Both the position numbers and the translations under genes were made by a program. From the NCBI GenBank assembly GCA_964536975.1, contig CAZHYS010000003.1:15419-79418 (forward strand): a stretch of 64,000 nucleotides of DNA, given 5' to 3'. The stretch is from an uncultured Gammaproteobacteria bacterium (GTDB taxonomy: Bacteria; Patescibacteriota; Patescibacteriia; 2-01-FULL-39-33). How positions within the stretch are numbered: the first letter of the stretch is position 1; each line of letters begins with the position of its first letter. Below are positions 1 to 9,499 of the stretch, piece after piece. The notes under the pieces were generated by a model, which saw nothing but the letters and a program-made list of their open reading frames with translations, made no database searches and was not told where the DNA came from.

Positions 1-2
1 AA

Positions 3-659
3 CAATCCGGCGTTGATTTTTTTACTTCCGGCAATCATGCCTGGAAGAAGAACGGAGCCGACGAAATTTTGAATAATCCCAAAGAGCAGATCATCAGACC
101 CGCCAATTATTTGGCCAAAAAGTCCGGCCTTGGCTATCGGGAGGTGGATTTGACAAACAAGAAATCTCTGGCCAAAAAAATTGGCCAAAATAAGCTGATT
201 GTGGTAAACTTTTTAGGAAGAGTATTCATAGAGGATAAGTTGTCATGTCCTTTTAAGGCTTTTGAGAAAATCATAAAAGCCAATAAAAATGCCGTTTTTA
301 TCGTAGATTTTCATGCTGAAGCTACTTCGGAAAAGGTTGCTTTCGGCCGTTATTTTGACGGCCGGGCGGTAGCGGTTATGGGCACCCATACCCACATTCC
401 GACTGCCGATGAGACTGTTTTTCCCGGCGGGACGGCCTATGTCACTGATGTGGGCATGGTTGGTTATTATGATTCTGTCATTGGCGCCAACAAACAGCAA
501 ATCATAGGGATGTTTTTGGACAAGAAAGTCGGCGGCAGCCACAAGCATGATCTGCCCGAGACTGGTCAGTGCCAATTTAATGCTATTTATTTGGAAATAG
601 ACGAAAAGAAAAAAACAGCCAGAAAAATAAAAAGATTGGATTCAATTATTAAAATCTAA
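3..659 (+). CDS. ymdB: YmdB/TIGR00282-family metallophosphoesterase, 5'-truncated by the window edge
   Basis: Frame open from the window start (GVDFFTSGNH); motifs RPANY, VDFHAEATSEK, GTHTHIPTAD, TDVGMVG. Confidence 0.9.
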   Translation, partial: QSGVDFFTSGNHAWKKNGADEILNNPKEQIIRPANYLAKKSGLGYREVDLTNKKSLAKKIGQNKLIVVNFLGRVFIEDKLSCPFKAFEKIIKANKNAVFIVDFHAEATSEKVAFGRYFDGRAVAVMGTHTHIPTADETVFPGGTAYVTDVGMVGYYDSVIGANKQQIIGMFLDKKVGGSHKHDLPETGQCQFNAIYLEIDEKKKTARKIKRLDSIIKI

Positions 660-676
660 TTCATAACGAAAAGCTT

Positions 677-892
677 ATGGGTTTTTGGAACATGTTTGGC
701 GGAAAAGAAAGCGAAGCTGGCTCAACGCCGGTCGCTCCGGAAGAGACTTCAGCAGCCGAAACTTCCATGGACGAGGCGGAATCCACTGACGCCGCTCCGG
801 AGCAAGAGGTTGAGTCCGCGGATTCTTCTACCGGGGATACAACCGAAGAAGCCGCCACCTCAAGTGAAGGAGAAGTAGAAGGCCAAGAGTAA
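677..892 (+). CDS. Small acidic low-complexity hypothetical protein
   Basis: ATG ORF filling the gap between ymdB and HU on the same strand; E/S/A/T-rich. Confidence 0.55.
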   Translation: MGFWNMFGGKESEAGSTPVAPEETSAAETSMDEAESTDAAPEQEVESADSSTGDTTEEAATSSEGEVEGQE

Positions 893-932
893 TAAATTGG
901 CTAAATAATAATAAAAGAAAGGAGGCAGCCAA

Positions 933-1280
933 ATGAACAAATCGGAATTATCGGAAAAAATATCCGAGCGACCCGGCGGTCTCAATAAGGCCCAGGTTGA
1001 ATCTGTCATTGACGGTTTCATTGATATCACCACCAGTGAATTGAAAAAAGGCGGCGAAGTCGCTTTGACCGGTTTTGGCACTTTTTCGGCTAGGAAACGG
1101 AAGGGGCGGGAAGGCATAAATCCCAGAAATCCCCAGGAAAAAATCACTATTCCGGCCGTCGTGGTTGCCAAATTTAAAGCCGGAAAACACTTGAAGGATG
1201 CTTTAAAAGGCGACCTGGATCGACCGGAGGCAATCTCCGAGCCCGAACCGGCAGCCGTTGAGCCATCACCTGAAGCATAA
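933..1280 (+). CDS. hup: HU family DNA-binding protein with C-terminal extension
   Basis: MNKSEL start, GFGTF..RKGREGINPRN, KFKAGK motifs; SD AGGAGG upstream. Confidence 0.93.
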   Translation: MNKSELSEKISERPGGLNKAQVESVIDGFIDITTSELKKGGEVALTGFGTFSARKRKGREGINPRNPQEKITIPAVVVAKFKAGKHLKDALKGDLDRPEAISEPEPAAVEPSPEA

Positions 1281-1296
1281 AGATTTTTGTCTGAAA

Positions 1297-1346
1297 AAAA
1301 TCACCCCTCTTTAAGCGAGTTAATCGCGTTTAAAGAGGGGTGATTT
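1297..1346. terminator. Bidirectional intrinsic terminator between HU and the tRNAs
   Basis: aaatcacccctctttaa / tttaaagaggggtgattt inverted repeat with A/T tails. Confidence 0.75.
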
Positions 1347-1352
1347 ATTTTA

Positions 1353-1425
1353 TGCGCCCACCAGGGCTCGAACCTGGGACCGTTTGCTTAAGAGGCAACT
1401 GCTCTACCAACTGAGCTATGGGCGC
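1353..1425 (-). tRNA. tRNA-Lys(CTT)
   Basis: Reverse complement GCGCCCATAGCTCAGTTGGTAGAGC..CT-CTT-AA..GGTTCGAGCCC..GGGCGCA forms a cloverleaf; no encoded CCA. Confidence 0.93.
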
Positions 1426-1495
1426 GCGTTTTATGAAATTATCGGTGTGTGTCTATTAGGACTCGAACCTATAGCCTTCTGGTTTTCCGTAAAAA

Positions 1496-1569
1496 TGCGC
1501 CCGACAGGACTCGAACCTATAGCCTTCTGGTCCGAAGCCAGACGCTCTATCCAATTGAGCTACGGGCGC
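1496..1569 (-). tRNA. tRNA-Arg(TCG)
   Basis: Anticodon arm TCTGG-CT-TCG-GA-CCAGA, T-loop GTTCGAGT, acceptor GCGCCCG/CGGGCGC. Confidence 0.93.
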
Positions 1570-1710
1570 ATATTATTTTATTTAAAACAGCCATGGCTAA
1601 ATTTATCGCAACATTTTCCAACTCGTCTGCTCGTCTCGCGTCGGCGCGAGCCGAGGCGGAAGCTATGGGCACGCTTGATTATCTAACTCGTTCATTTTAG
1701 CATATTAGGA

Positions 1711-1747
1711 GAAAAAAATCAATCCGCCCAAGGCGGATTGATTTTTT
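1711..1747. terminator. Intrinsic terminator downstream of pilT
   Basis: aaaaaaatcaatccgcc-caa-ggcggattgattttttt. Confidence 0.75.
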
Positions 1748-1762
1748 GATCAGAAGAGATGA

Positions 1763-2794
1763 CTACCCTCTGATCTCGTAAGTATTCAAATCGTAAGTTT
1801 CTTTGCTGATAATATCTTTTTTGTAAAGATCTTCCAATGATTTATCCATCGTGACCATGCCTTCCCTGGCGCTGGTTTGGATAGTGGTCTTGATTTGAGC
1901 GATCTTATTTTCCCTAATCAGGTTGGAAATAGCTGGGGTATTAATAAGTATTTCTCTGGCTGCCGCCCGCCCGCCGCCATTTTTTGGCACCAATCTTTGC
2001 GAGACTATTGCCTTCAAAGTAATAGAAATCTGCATCCGGATTTGATTTTGCTGATGCGGCGGAAAAATATCAATAATACGATCAATGGTTTGAGCGGCGC
2101 TATAGGTGTGGAGTGTTGCAAACACCAAATGGCCGGTTTCCGCCAAGGTAATGGTGGTGGCAATGGTCTCCAAATTTCTCATTTCGCCGACCATAATGAC
2201 ATTTGGATCTTGCCGCAAGACATGGATAAGGCCGTTTTGAAATGATAACATGTCTTCCCCCAACTGTCTTTGGCGAATAATGCTTTTAATCGGTTTGAAA
2301 ACAAATTCAATCGGATCTTCCAGGGTGATGATATTGGTATTGCGATTTTGATTGATATAATTTATCATTGCCGCTAAAGAAGTGGATTTGCCGCAGCCGG
2401 TCGGACCAGTAACCAAGATCAGTCCTCGATCAAGATTGCATATATCATAAAGCGTTTGGGGCATTTCTATTTCTTCCATCGTCGGAATTTCCGAGGGAAT
2501 AGTTCTGGCTGACAGGCCGATATTACCTTTTTCCCAATGGATATTGACACGGAAACGCGACTCGTCGGATGTTTGGTAGGCAAAGTCCAGTTCTTTTTCA
2601 ATGGAAAACTTTTTGAATTGATTGCTGTCAATCATTGTGGAAACCAGAGACTCAATTTCTTTACCGTTAAGCGCTTTTTTGCCAATCGGTCTAAGCTCGC
2701 CGTCAATTCTGACAAACGGAGGCAAATCGGCGATCAGATGGAAATCCGAAGCGTTTTCTTTGACCGCTCCTTGAAGCAGGCTGTTTATATCCAT
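1763..2794 (-). CDS. pilT: Type IV pilus retraction ATPase PilT/PilU
   Basis: Walker A GPTGCGKST, TLEDPIE, LRQDPNVIMVGEMR, ETGHLVFATLHT. Confidence 0.92.
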   Translation of the reverse strand: MDINSLLQGAVKENASDFHLIADLPPFVRIDGELRPIGKKALNGKEIESLVSTMIDSNQFKKFSIEKELDFAYQTSDESRFRVNIHWEKGNIGLSARTIPSEIPTMEEIEMPQTLYDICNLDRGLILVTGPTGCGKSTSLAAMINYINQNRNTNIITLEDPIEFVFKPIKSIIRQRQLGEDMLSFQNGLIHVLRQDPNVIMVGEMRNLETIATTITLAETGHLVFATLHTYSAAQTIDRIIDIFPPHQQNQIRMQISITLKAIVSQRLVPKNGGGRAAAREILINTPAISNLIRENKIAQIKTTIQTSAREGMVTMDKSLEDLYKKDIISKETYDLNTYEIRG

Positions 2795-2816
2795 GGTGGT
2801 ATGTTAATTTATTTAA

Positions 2817-3515
2817 TTAATTCCACTTTTTCTTTTTGAGCGCTTTCTTGGCCGCTTCTATCTGCGCCTCTTGCTTGCTGGAGCCGCTGCCATCAGCGAT
2901 CATTTCTTTGTCCAAGAAAACACCGACACGGAAAGTCTTATTGTGGTCGGGACCGGCGGATTCCAGTACTTTGTAGCTAGGCGTGATACCGGAAATTTCC
3001 TGGGCTTTTTCTTGGAATCGACTTTTTGGGTCAATATACAGCTTATTTTCTATGATTTCTTCCAGTCCGGTCAGGATGTTTTTTTCAATGAATTTTTTGG
3101 CTTCTTTAATGCCTTGATCGATATAAATAGCACCAATGACCGCCTCCATAGCATTAGCCAAGATGTATTGTCTAGCTTTGGAGTTTGAATCCTTGCTTTC
3201 CCCCCGGCTCATTCTGATGAATTGCTCCAGCTCCATTTTTTTGGCGATCTGTGCCAGATTGACGCCATTGACCAGGCTGGCGCGCCAATTGGTCAATTCG
3301 CCTTCGGGATTGGGGTATTTTTGGTATAAATGTTCGGTGACCACTAGTTCCAAAACGGCATCGCCGAGAAACTCTAATCTTTCGTTATGATCAAGTTTGA
3401 ATTCCGGATGCTCATTGAGATAGGAACGGTGGGTAATAGCCTCGGTCAGAATGTTTTTATCTTTGAAACGGACATTAATTGTTTTTTCCAGTTTGCTAAT
3501 GTCTTTCATTGCCAT
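2817..3515 (-). CDS. rnc: Ribonuclease III
   Basis: HNERLEFLGDAVL signature plus C-terminal dsRBD; start placed at MAMKDISK, downstream of the nusB stop. Confidence 0.95.
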   Translation of the reverse strand: MAMKDISKLEKTINVRFKDKNILTEAITHRSYLNEHPEFKLDHNERLEFLGDAVLELVVTEHLYQKYPNPEGELTNWRASLVNGVNLAQIAKKMELEQFIRMSRGESKDSNSKARQYILANAMEAVIGAIYIDQGIKEAKKFIEKNILTGLEEIIENKLYIDPKSRFQEKAQEISGITPSYKVLESAGPDHNKTFRVGVFLDKEMIADGSGSSKQEAQIEAAKKALKKKKWN

Positions 3516-3522
3516 TGGTTGG

Positions 3523-3990
3523 TTAATTTTGTGTTTCCGGTTTGGCGGCCGGTTTGGGATTTTTTTTGTCAATTTCTTTTTCACCCATATTTTTGTAAAC
3601 CGCGCCCAAAACTCCATTGACGAACTTGCCTGACGACTCGCCGCCAAAGGTCTTAGCCAGCTCTATGGCCTCATTGATGGCGACCTTGGCCGGAATATTG
3701 TCGTCAAATTTCAGCTCATAAATTCCAAGCCGCAAGACATTGCGGTCAACGATAGTAATCTGATTAAGCGGCCACTCCGGGGCGAATTTGGCGATTAGTC
3801 CGTCAATGCTTGTTTTGTATTCTATCACCCCTTGGGTCAGGTGCTTGATAAATCCGCCGTCGTCAAATTCCGGAGCGAAAGCTTTTTTGTTTTCCTCCAA
3901 GAGAGAATCAAGGTTTTGTTTTTGGCCATTGAAGTCCCATTGGTATAAGACTTGGACGGCGATGGTGCGAGCTAAATGTCGGTTAGACAT
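3523..3990 (-). CDS. nusB: Transcription antitermination factor NusB
   Basis: [40 protein letters not shown]. Confidence 0.95.
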   Translation of the reverse strand: MSNRHLARTIAVQVLYQWDFNGQKQNLDSLLEENKKAFAPEFDDGGFIKHLTQGVIEYKTSIDGLIAKFAPEWPLNQITIVDRNVLRLGIYELKFDDNIPAKVAINEAIELAKTFGGESSGKFVNGVLGAVYKNMGEKEIDKKNPKPAAKPETQN

Positions 3991-4056
3991 CGGAAAATTT
4001 GATTAATTTTGATCCAAGCAAATTTAAGGCAAAATTATAATAATCCGGAAATGTGT

Positions 4057-4326
4057 TTATTTTTTTGATTCCTTCCCTTCTTTTTGAATCTCTTTTTCCT
4101 TGGCTTTGGCCTTGCGGTCTTGTTCTTTTTGCTTCAAAGTTTTTTTCTTGGTCTTAATTGCCAAAACTGCCTTGCCTTTATAGGTGCCGCAAAAAGCGCA
4201 GGCATGATGAGGTTGTTTTGGTTTGCCGCACTTGGGGCAGGTGTGTAGAGAAGTTTTTTTCAAGGCAAAATGCGATGCTCTTCGTCTTTTGGAACTCTTT
4301 GTTCTTTTCTGGCTGGGTAAACCCAT
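4057..4326 (-). CDS. rpmF: 50S ribosomal protein L32 with Lys-rich C-terminal tail
   Basis: KRTKSSKRRRASH, CPKCG..HHACAFCGTYKG. Confidence 0.92.
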   Translation of the reverse strand: MGLPSQKRTKSSKRRRASHFALKKTSLHTCPKCGKPKQPHHACAFCGTYKGKAVLAIKTKKKTLKQKEQDRKAKAKEKEIQKEGKESKK

Positions 4327-4498
4327 AGTTTTAAAAAAATAATTTGTTAATTATCCCGCGTTATTCGTCTGGCTATTTGGGGCAAGGCGAGCCGCGGGCT
4401 CTTTTGTTTACAAGCTAATTATAACAGAAAGAAATATTTTTTTCAAGAAAAGGCCGGCTCCCGATTGGAGTCGACCCTTAGTCTGGCTATGGCCTTTC

Positions 4499-4954
4499 TT
4501 AGGCCTCTGATTCAATTGCAGCGGGATTAACGCGAGACCACTGTTCTCCTTCGCCAAGATAGCCCATCGCTGCAAGGGATGTTTGGAAGTCGTAACAATT
4601 CAGACAGTGAACGGAGCAGGTGGCTCCATCCTCGTTCATTGTTGTAACAGACCCCTCCGTGCAGGTTGCAGCTGTTTTCAATAGGACGGCGAAGTCGCCC
4701 GGCAAAATCACCTTGCCGCACTTGGCGCATTTGATCGCCCCCTTCGTTAAACAGTCTGGACAGAATTTTGGTCTCACAAACCATGGCGGGTGAATTTCCG
4801 TCCTTTTGCCGAACACCACAATGACTTGGCGGACTTTTCGGCATTTGTGTCCGCAGCCGGCGGTCACTTCCCGGCACAGGAAAAACATCAGGCCAAATGG
4901 CGCCGCGATGATAACCAGAACCAGTAATATAAAACCCCAGTCGTTCGGCTGCAT
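4499..4954 (-). CDS. Hypothetical protein with N-terminal TM helix and Cys-rich (CxxC) domain
   Basis: SD AAGGAGG upstream, hydrophobic N-terminus, several CxxC pairs. Confidence 0.6.
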   Translation of the reverse strand: MQPNDWGFILLVLVIIAAPFGLMFFLCREVTAGCGHKCRKVRQVIVVFGKRTEIHPPWFVRPKFCPDCLTKGAIKCAKCGKVILPGDFAVLLKTAATCTEGSVTTMNEDGATCSVHCLNCYDFQTSLAAMGYLGEGEQWSRVNPAAIESEA

Positions 4955-5029
4955 TTTCGTTCCTCCTTAATGCGTTGCAGTCATGTTTCAGTTCCCGACA
5001 ATCTATTATATCTCAAATATCGCAGTTTG

Positions 5030-6067
5030 TCAACCCTTTAAAGTCGCGAGGAATGTTTGCAATTCTAGCGGCAGGTTGCTTGCAAAATGATATTGTTTTC
5101 CATCTGGTCCAGCAAAAGACAGCTCGCCCGCGTGGAGGAAAATTCTACCCGGGTCGGATTTTATTTTTTGTTTTCTGGCTTTGTATAATTTGTCGCCGAC
5201 TATCGGGTGACCGTAAGCCAGAAGATGGACGCGGATTTGGTGGGTACGGCCGGTGAGAATCTGGACTTCCAGCAGAGTATAATTTTTGTATCTTTTCACC
5301 ACCTTAAAAATAGTAAGCGCTTTTTTGCCTTCGTCCGCCTCGTTATCTTCACTGTTCGGCCGCGCGGCAAACAGCCCTTGTTTGGTGGAAGATCGGCTGA
5401 TGGGGAAATTTATTTCTGCGCTGTCGGCCGCGATTTCTCCGATGACTAAGGCAGAATATTTTTTGACAATAGTATGGTTTTTGAATTGCTGTTTGAAGTA
5501 ATCAAAAGCATCCTGCGTCCGCGGAACAATCATTAATCCGGAGACTTCCTTGTCCAAGCGGTGGACAATGCTGGCGCGCGCCGGATCTTCGCCGATTTTT
5601 TTCAACTCCGGATATTTGTCTGTCAGTAAATCCACCAACGTGTCGGTTTCTTCCTTGTCGGTCGGGTGAACCAGAATTCCCGCCGGTTTTTCAATAATAA
5701 GGAAGTCGGGGTTGTCGCTTATCACGGTTACTTTTTTGAATGGTTTGCCGGACTTTGAGGCGGGCGCGAGGGAAATCTTTTTTCCAGTAATCGGTAACTT
5801 GTGATCAGTAATCAGTAATTGAGTTTTTTTACTTGGAGTTTTCGCTTTTAGTTTTTCGTTTTTCGTTTTTCGCTTGATGTGGTCGCCCTCTTTAAGAAAA
5901 CAATGGACACTGGTCGGTTTATTATTGACTGAAATTTCTTTATTTAAAATTATTTTTTTGATTTGGGAGCGGGAAATGCCGGGAAGTTTTTCGGACAAAA
6001 AAACATCTAGCCGTTTTTTGGCATCCTGACTAGTTGCGGTAAAGGTGATATCATTGTTTGAAGGCAT
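5030..6067 (-). CDS. RluA/RluD-family pseudouridine synthase with S4 domain
   Basis: RLDVFL S4 domain, IVHRLDKEVSG, TGRTHQIRVH, GHPIVGDKLY. Confidence 0.93.
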   Translation of the reverse strand: MPSNNDITFTATSQDAKKRLDVFLSEKLPGISRSQIKKIILNKEISVNNKPTSVHCFLKEGDHIKRKTKNEKLKAKTPSKKTQLLITDHKLPITGKKISLAPASKSGKPFKKVTVISDNPDFLIIEKPAGILVHPTDKEETDTLVDLLTDKYPELKKIGEDPARASIVHRLDKEVSGLMIVPRTQDAFDYFKQQFKNHTIVKKYSALVIGEIAADSAEINFPISRSSTKQGLFAARPNSEDNEADEGKKALTIFKVVKRYKNYTLLEVQILTGRTHQIRVHLLAYGHPIVGDKLYKARKQKIKSDPGRIFLHAGELSFAGPDGKQYHFASNLPLELQTFLATLKG

Positions 6068-6135
6068 GAATTATTTTTTGGTATTTTTAAAATTAGTTTT
6101 ATTCTTGGAATCACTATTTCGCATTTTTTTCAAAA

Positions 6136-7662
6136 TTAATTTTGACTGTGCAGAAGACGCTTTCGTTCCTCTTCGTAGAAGGCAATATCCGGGTGCATGT
6201 TTTTCAATTCTTTCGCCGGCAATTCATTTAATTCCTTTATCCTTTCGGCCAGATATTTTTCATTATTTTTTTCCGGGTTTTCCAATACTTCGCCCAGTAG
6301 CGCATTGAGAATCAGTCCTATTTGCGGTCCGGGTGAGATACTCAATATTTCCATCACCTTGCTACCGTCGGTTTTGAGCATCTTGGGGCTGATGGGATCA
6401 AGCTGGACTTCTTTGAGCCGGCGTTCCAATTCCACCAGCTTCCACGGTTTGGCTTTTGGCCGGCCCATGCCCAGTCGGTCGCAAATGCGCAGATTGATAA
6501 AATCCTCAACATTGTCTTTGCCCAGTCGGTTGAGTAGTCGTCGCACTCCTGCGTCGCTGACGATATCCAACGCGTAATAAAACATATGATAGCGGACCAA
6601 GTGGACGACGCTCTTGATAATGTCGTTGGAATAATTAAGCCGCTTTAGGATTTGCTTTGTTTGGTGGGCGCCCTCTTGGTCGTGATTATAAAAGGTGGCG
6701 TCGCCGTCCTTGATTTGTTTGGTTCTTGGCTTGCCGACATCATGAAACAAAGCGGCCAATCTTATCTCCAATTTGTAATTTCTTTCTGCCGCCGCGCCGA
6801 GCGATCGGACATTATGATCAAATACTTCGTAAATGTGAGCTTTATTTTGTTTGACACCAACTCCATTTTCCAGCTCTGGTATCAATTCTTTGAGCAGGCC
6901 GATTTTTTGCATCAGGCGGATGCCGGCCTCGGCCCGCTCCGACATAATGATTTTGGTCAGCTCTTCATTGACCCGTTCAGCCGGCAGAGTGGCGATTTTT
7001 TTTGCTTTTTTACTGATGGTGGCCAAGGTTTCCTTCTCAATATCAAAGTCCAGTTGGCAGGCGAAACGCACCGCCCGCAGCATTCTGGTATAATCTTCCT
7101 GGAATCTTTTTTCCGGCTTGCCGATGGCGCGGATTATTTTTTTGTCCAAATCTTTGAGTCCGTCAAACTCATCAATTAGTTTTTTGTTTTTAATGTCCCA
7201 GGCCAAAGCGTTGACGGTAAAGTCGCGGCGGGAGAGATCTTTTTCAATCGGCAGATTTTTATCGCTCTGGATTTCAAAGTCTTGATAACCGCCAGACATG
7301 CCGGCTTTTTCCGTCCGCGGCAAAGCAATTTCAATCGGGTTGGCGCCGGTTATTTTGCTTGCTTTTGCCGATGAGACCTTCGCTTTCGCGGGGATGAATT
7401 TGAAGACGCCAAAACTTTTGCCGACAAGGTTGACTTCACCTAGATCTGACAAGAATTTTTCCAAGTCCTTAGCGTCCACTTTGCCGACGACAAAATCAAA
7501 GTCTTTCGTGTCACGGCCGATGATGATGTCGCGAGTCGCGCCGCCGACCAAATAAATTTCCGCTGCCGGAAAGGATTTGAGCAATTTTTTGACAAAACCG
7601 AAATCTTTCTGCTTCAACGCAGACTCTTGCCAAACGGTTAATTTTTTTTCAATATTTTCCAT
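6136..7662 (-). CDS. cca: Class II CCA-adding enzyme / tRNA nucleotidyltransferase with HD domain
   Basis: VGGATRD..DFDF, DLSRRDFTVNA, RFQEDYTRMLRAVRF, HDVGK; consistent with local tRNAs lacking encoded CCA. Confidence 0.88.
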   Translation of the reverse strand: MENIEKKLTVWQESALKQKDFGFVKKLLKSFPAAEIYLVGGATRDIIIGRDTKDFDFVVGKVDAKDLEKFLSDLGEVNLVGKSFGVFKFIPAKAKVSSAKASKITGANPIEIALPRTEKAGMSGGYQDFEIQSDKNLPIEKDLSRRDFTVNALAWDIKNKKLIDEFDGLKDLDKKIIRAIGKPEKRFQEDYTRMLRAVRFACQLDFDIEKETLATISKKAKKIATLPAERVNEELTKIIMSERAEAGIRLMQKIGLLKELIPELENGVGVKQNKAHIYEVFDHNVRSLGAAAERNYKLEIRLAALFHDVGKPRTKQIKDGDATFYNHDQEGAHQTKQILKRLNYSNDIIKSVVHLVRYHMFYYALDIVSDAGVRRLLNRLGKDNVEDFINLRICDRLGMGRPKAKPWKLVELERRLKEVQLDPISPKMLKTDGSKVMEILSISPGPQIGLILNALLGEVLENPEKNNEKYLAERIKELNELPAKELKNMHPDIAFYEEERKRLLHSQN

Positions 7663-7727
7663 GAAATTTATGGCTATCTATGCTATTATAACCTTAAGAA
7701 ATATAAAAATGGTTAATTTATATTGAC

Positions 7728-7834
7728 GCCCCCCCTCCTTGTTTGAAGGAGGGGGAAGGGGGGAGGTTTTAAAGTATTAAAATTAGGTTTATTCTAACCC
7801 TCTCCTATCCTCCCCCTTCAGACAAGGGGGAGGA
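7728..7834. repeat. CCCCT-N-AGGGG palindromic (REP-like) elements
   Basis: ccccctcctt-gtttg-aaggaggggg and cctccccctt-cagac-aagggggagg; the family recurs across the window. Confidence 0.7.
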
Positions 7835-7919
7835 AAATAAGGTGAAAAGAATCAATGATTATTATAAGTATTATTGTATCATAAGTTTATTATTTTAGCT
7901 TAAATTAAGCGTAAAGTCA

Positions 7920-8678
7920 ATGATCAAGCTAAGCATCATCATCCCGGCGCTCAACGAAGAACGGTTTTTGCCGTTTCTTCTTACCTCCATCAAGAATCAG
8001 AATTTTGCCGAGGCCGAGGTCATTATTGCTGACGCCGGTTCTACCGACCGGACACTGGAGATTGCCGACAAATTCCAGGCCAGGGTGGTGTCTGGCGGTA
8101 TGCCGGCGGTGGGTCGCAATCACGGCGCCGCGGTCGCCGCGGGAGGGTGGCTGTTGTTTTTGGATTCGGATGTTATTTTGCCCAAGAGCTTTTTGGCGGA
8201 TATTTTGACCAGAGCGGAGGAAAAACAGATTGATGTCGCTTCTTGCGCCGTGGTGCCTCTTAGCGACAAAAATATTGATCTCATTCTTCATGATGTGGTC
8301 AATGCCTATATGTCGCTGACCCAATATTTTTACCCTCACGCGCCGGGTTTTTGCATTTTGATCAAAAAATCGTTGCACCAAAAAATCGGCGGCTTTGACG
8401 AACAGCTCAAATTGGCCGAAGACCATAATTATGTCAAACGGGCGAAAGAGGAGGGTAAATTCCGCATTCTGCAAAAACCGAAAATATTCGTTTCCGTTCG
8501 CCGACTGGAAGCCGACGGCCGGCTCAATATTTCCACCAAGTATCTTTTGTGTGAAGCGTACCGTCTGCTTCTGGGCGAGATTGACACGGATATTTTCAAA
8601 TACAAGTTTGGGCATTATAATGAAAAAGAAAAAGAGAGATTTATTGATCGGATAAAAAATAAATTACACTTGAAATAA
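7920..8678 (+). CDS. Glycosyltransferase family 2
   Basis: SIIIPALNEE, IIADAGSTD, RNHGA, FLDSD, GGFDE..AED. Confidence 0.9.
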   Translation: MIKLSIIIPALNEERFLPFLLTSIKNQNFAEAEVIIADAGSTDRTLEIADKFQARVVSGGMPAVGRNHGAAVAAGGWLLFLDSDVILPKSFLADILTRAEEKQIDVASCAVVPLSDKNIDLILHDVVNAYMSLTQYFYPHAPGFCILIKKSLHQKIGGFDEQLKLAEDHNYVKRAKEEGKFRILQKPKIFVSVRRLEADGRLNISTKYLLCEAYRLLLGEIDTDIFKYKFGHYNEKEKERFIDRIKNKLHLK

Positions 8679-8723
8679 AAACATCCGCCTCGGGCGGATG
8701 TTTTCTACTGTAATCAATAAGGG

Positions 8724-9033
8724 TGGTCGCTAGTGGAGTCGCTTGCCTCGCCGAAGCTTTGCGAAGGCGGGAACCACTATTCCTGGACAGCGCTGGATGC
8801 TTACTATGGTCGCATCCATCGACGCTCTCCCGAGAATTCGGGATCGCTTCTGTCCGTCTCGTCAGCTATGGCTGACTTCGACCCTTCCCGATTCATCGGG
8901 ACGCTCTTTCTTTCCGTGACGCTAAGCGCGGCATTAATGGAATTGTTATGAAAGTGTGGTCGCTAGTGGAGTCGAACCACTGACCTTCCCGATTCATCGG
9001 GACGCTCTTTCTTTCCGTGACGCTAAGCGCGGC
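8724..9033 (-). pseudogene. Two degenerate tRNA-Val-derived copies within a 101-bp repeat
   Basis: tggtcgctagtggagtc at 8724, 8957 and 9058; copies keep acceptor/T-arm sequence but have replaced D-loop and anticodon arm. Confidence 0.75.
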
Positions 9034-9057
9034 ATTAATGGAATTGTTATGAAAGTG

Positions 9058-9131
9058 TGGTCGCTAGTGGAGTCGAACCACTGACCTCATCCACGTCAAG
9101 GATGCGCTCTAACCAACTGAGCTAAGCGACC
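9058..9131 (-). tRNA. tRNA-Val(GAC)
   Basis: Anticodon arm CATCC-TT-GAC-GT-GGATG, acceptor GGTCGCT/AGCGACC. Confidence 0.93.
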
Positions 9132-9182
9132 GTAATACTTATTTTAATAAAATTCTCAAAATAATTTGAAAATAGTGGTCAT

Positions 9183-9447
9183 TCTTTAAATATGCTTGTC
9201 TCGCCGTAGCCTTGGCGAAGGCGGAAGCTAAGCGACCAAATATCTAATTCCGGTAAGTTTTTAAAATTATTTAAAGACGTTGTCTACTCTTTAAATATGC
9301 TTGTCTCGCCGTAGCCTTGGCGAAGGCGGAAACTAAGCGACCAAATATCTAATTCCGGTAAGTTTTTAAAATTATTTAAAGACGTTGTCTACTCTTTAAA
9401 TATGCTTGTCTCGCCGTAGCCTTGGCGAAGGCGGAAACTAAGCGACC
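9183..9447. repeat. 105-bp tandem repeat, about 2.5 copies, each carrying the tRNA-Val 5' 12-mer and a palindrome
   Basis: Units start at 9183, 9288, 9393; near-identical. Confidence 0.9.
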
Positions 9448-9459
9448 GTAATCAAGAGT

Positions 9460-9488
9460 ATCTTAGTAAAAAAATTGCCAATTGTCAA
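9460..9488 (-). promoter_or_regulatory. Sigma70-like promoter for the tRNA-Val repeat locus
   Basis: TTGACA-17-TAAGAT on the minus strand. Confidence 0.6.
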
Positions 9489-9499
9489 AGATTTTGCAG

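Noticed and set aside
1384-1700. ORFs of 100 and 83 aa
   Set aside because: They are antisense translations of tRNA genes and repeats
3516-3647. N-terminal extension of RNase III given by the ORF track
   Set aside because: It overlaps nusB; a downstream ATG gives a normal-length protein. The same applies to upstream extensions of pnp, dksA, DUF262 and Pif1
8724-9447. CRISPR array
   Set aside because: The spacers between repeats are identical rather than unique, the repeats derive from tRNA-Val, and no cas operon is nearby
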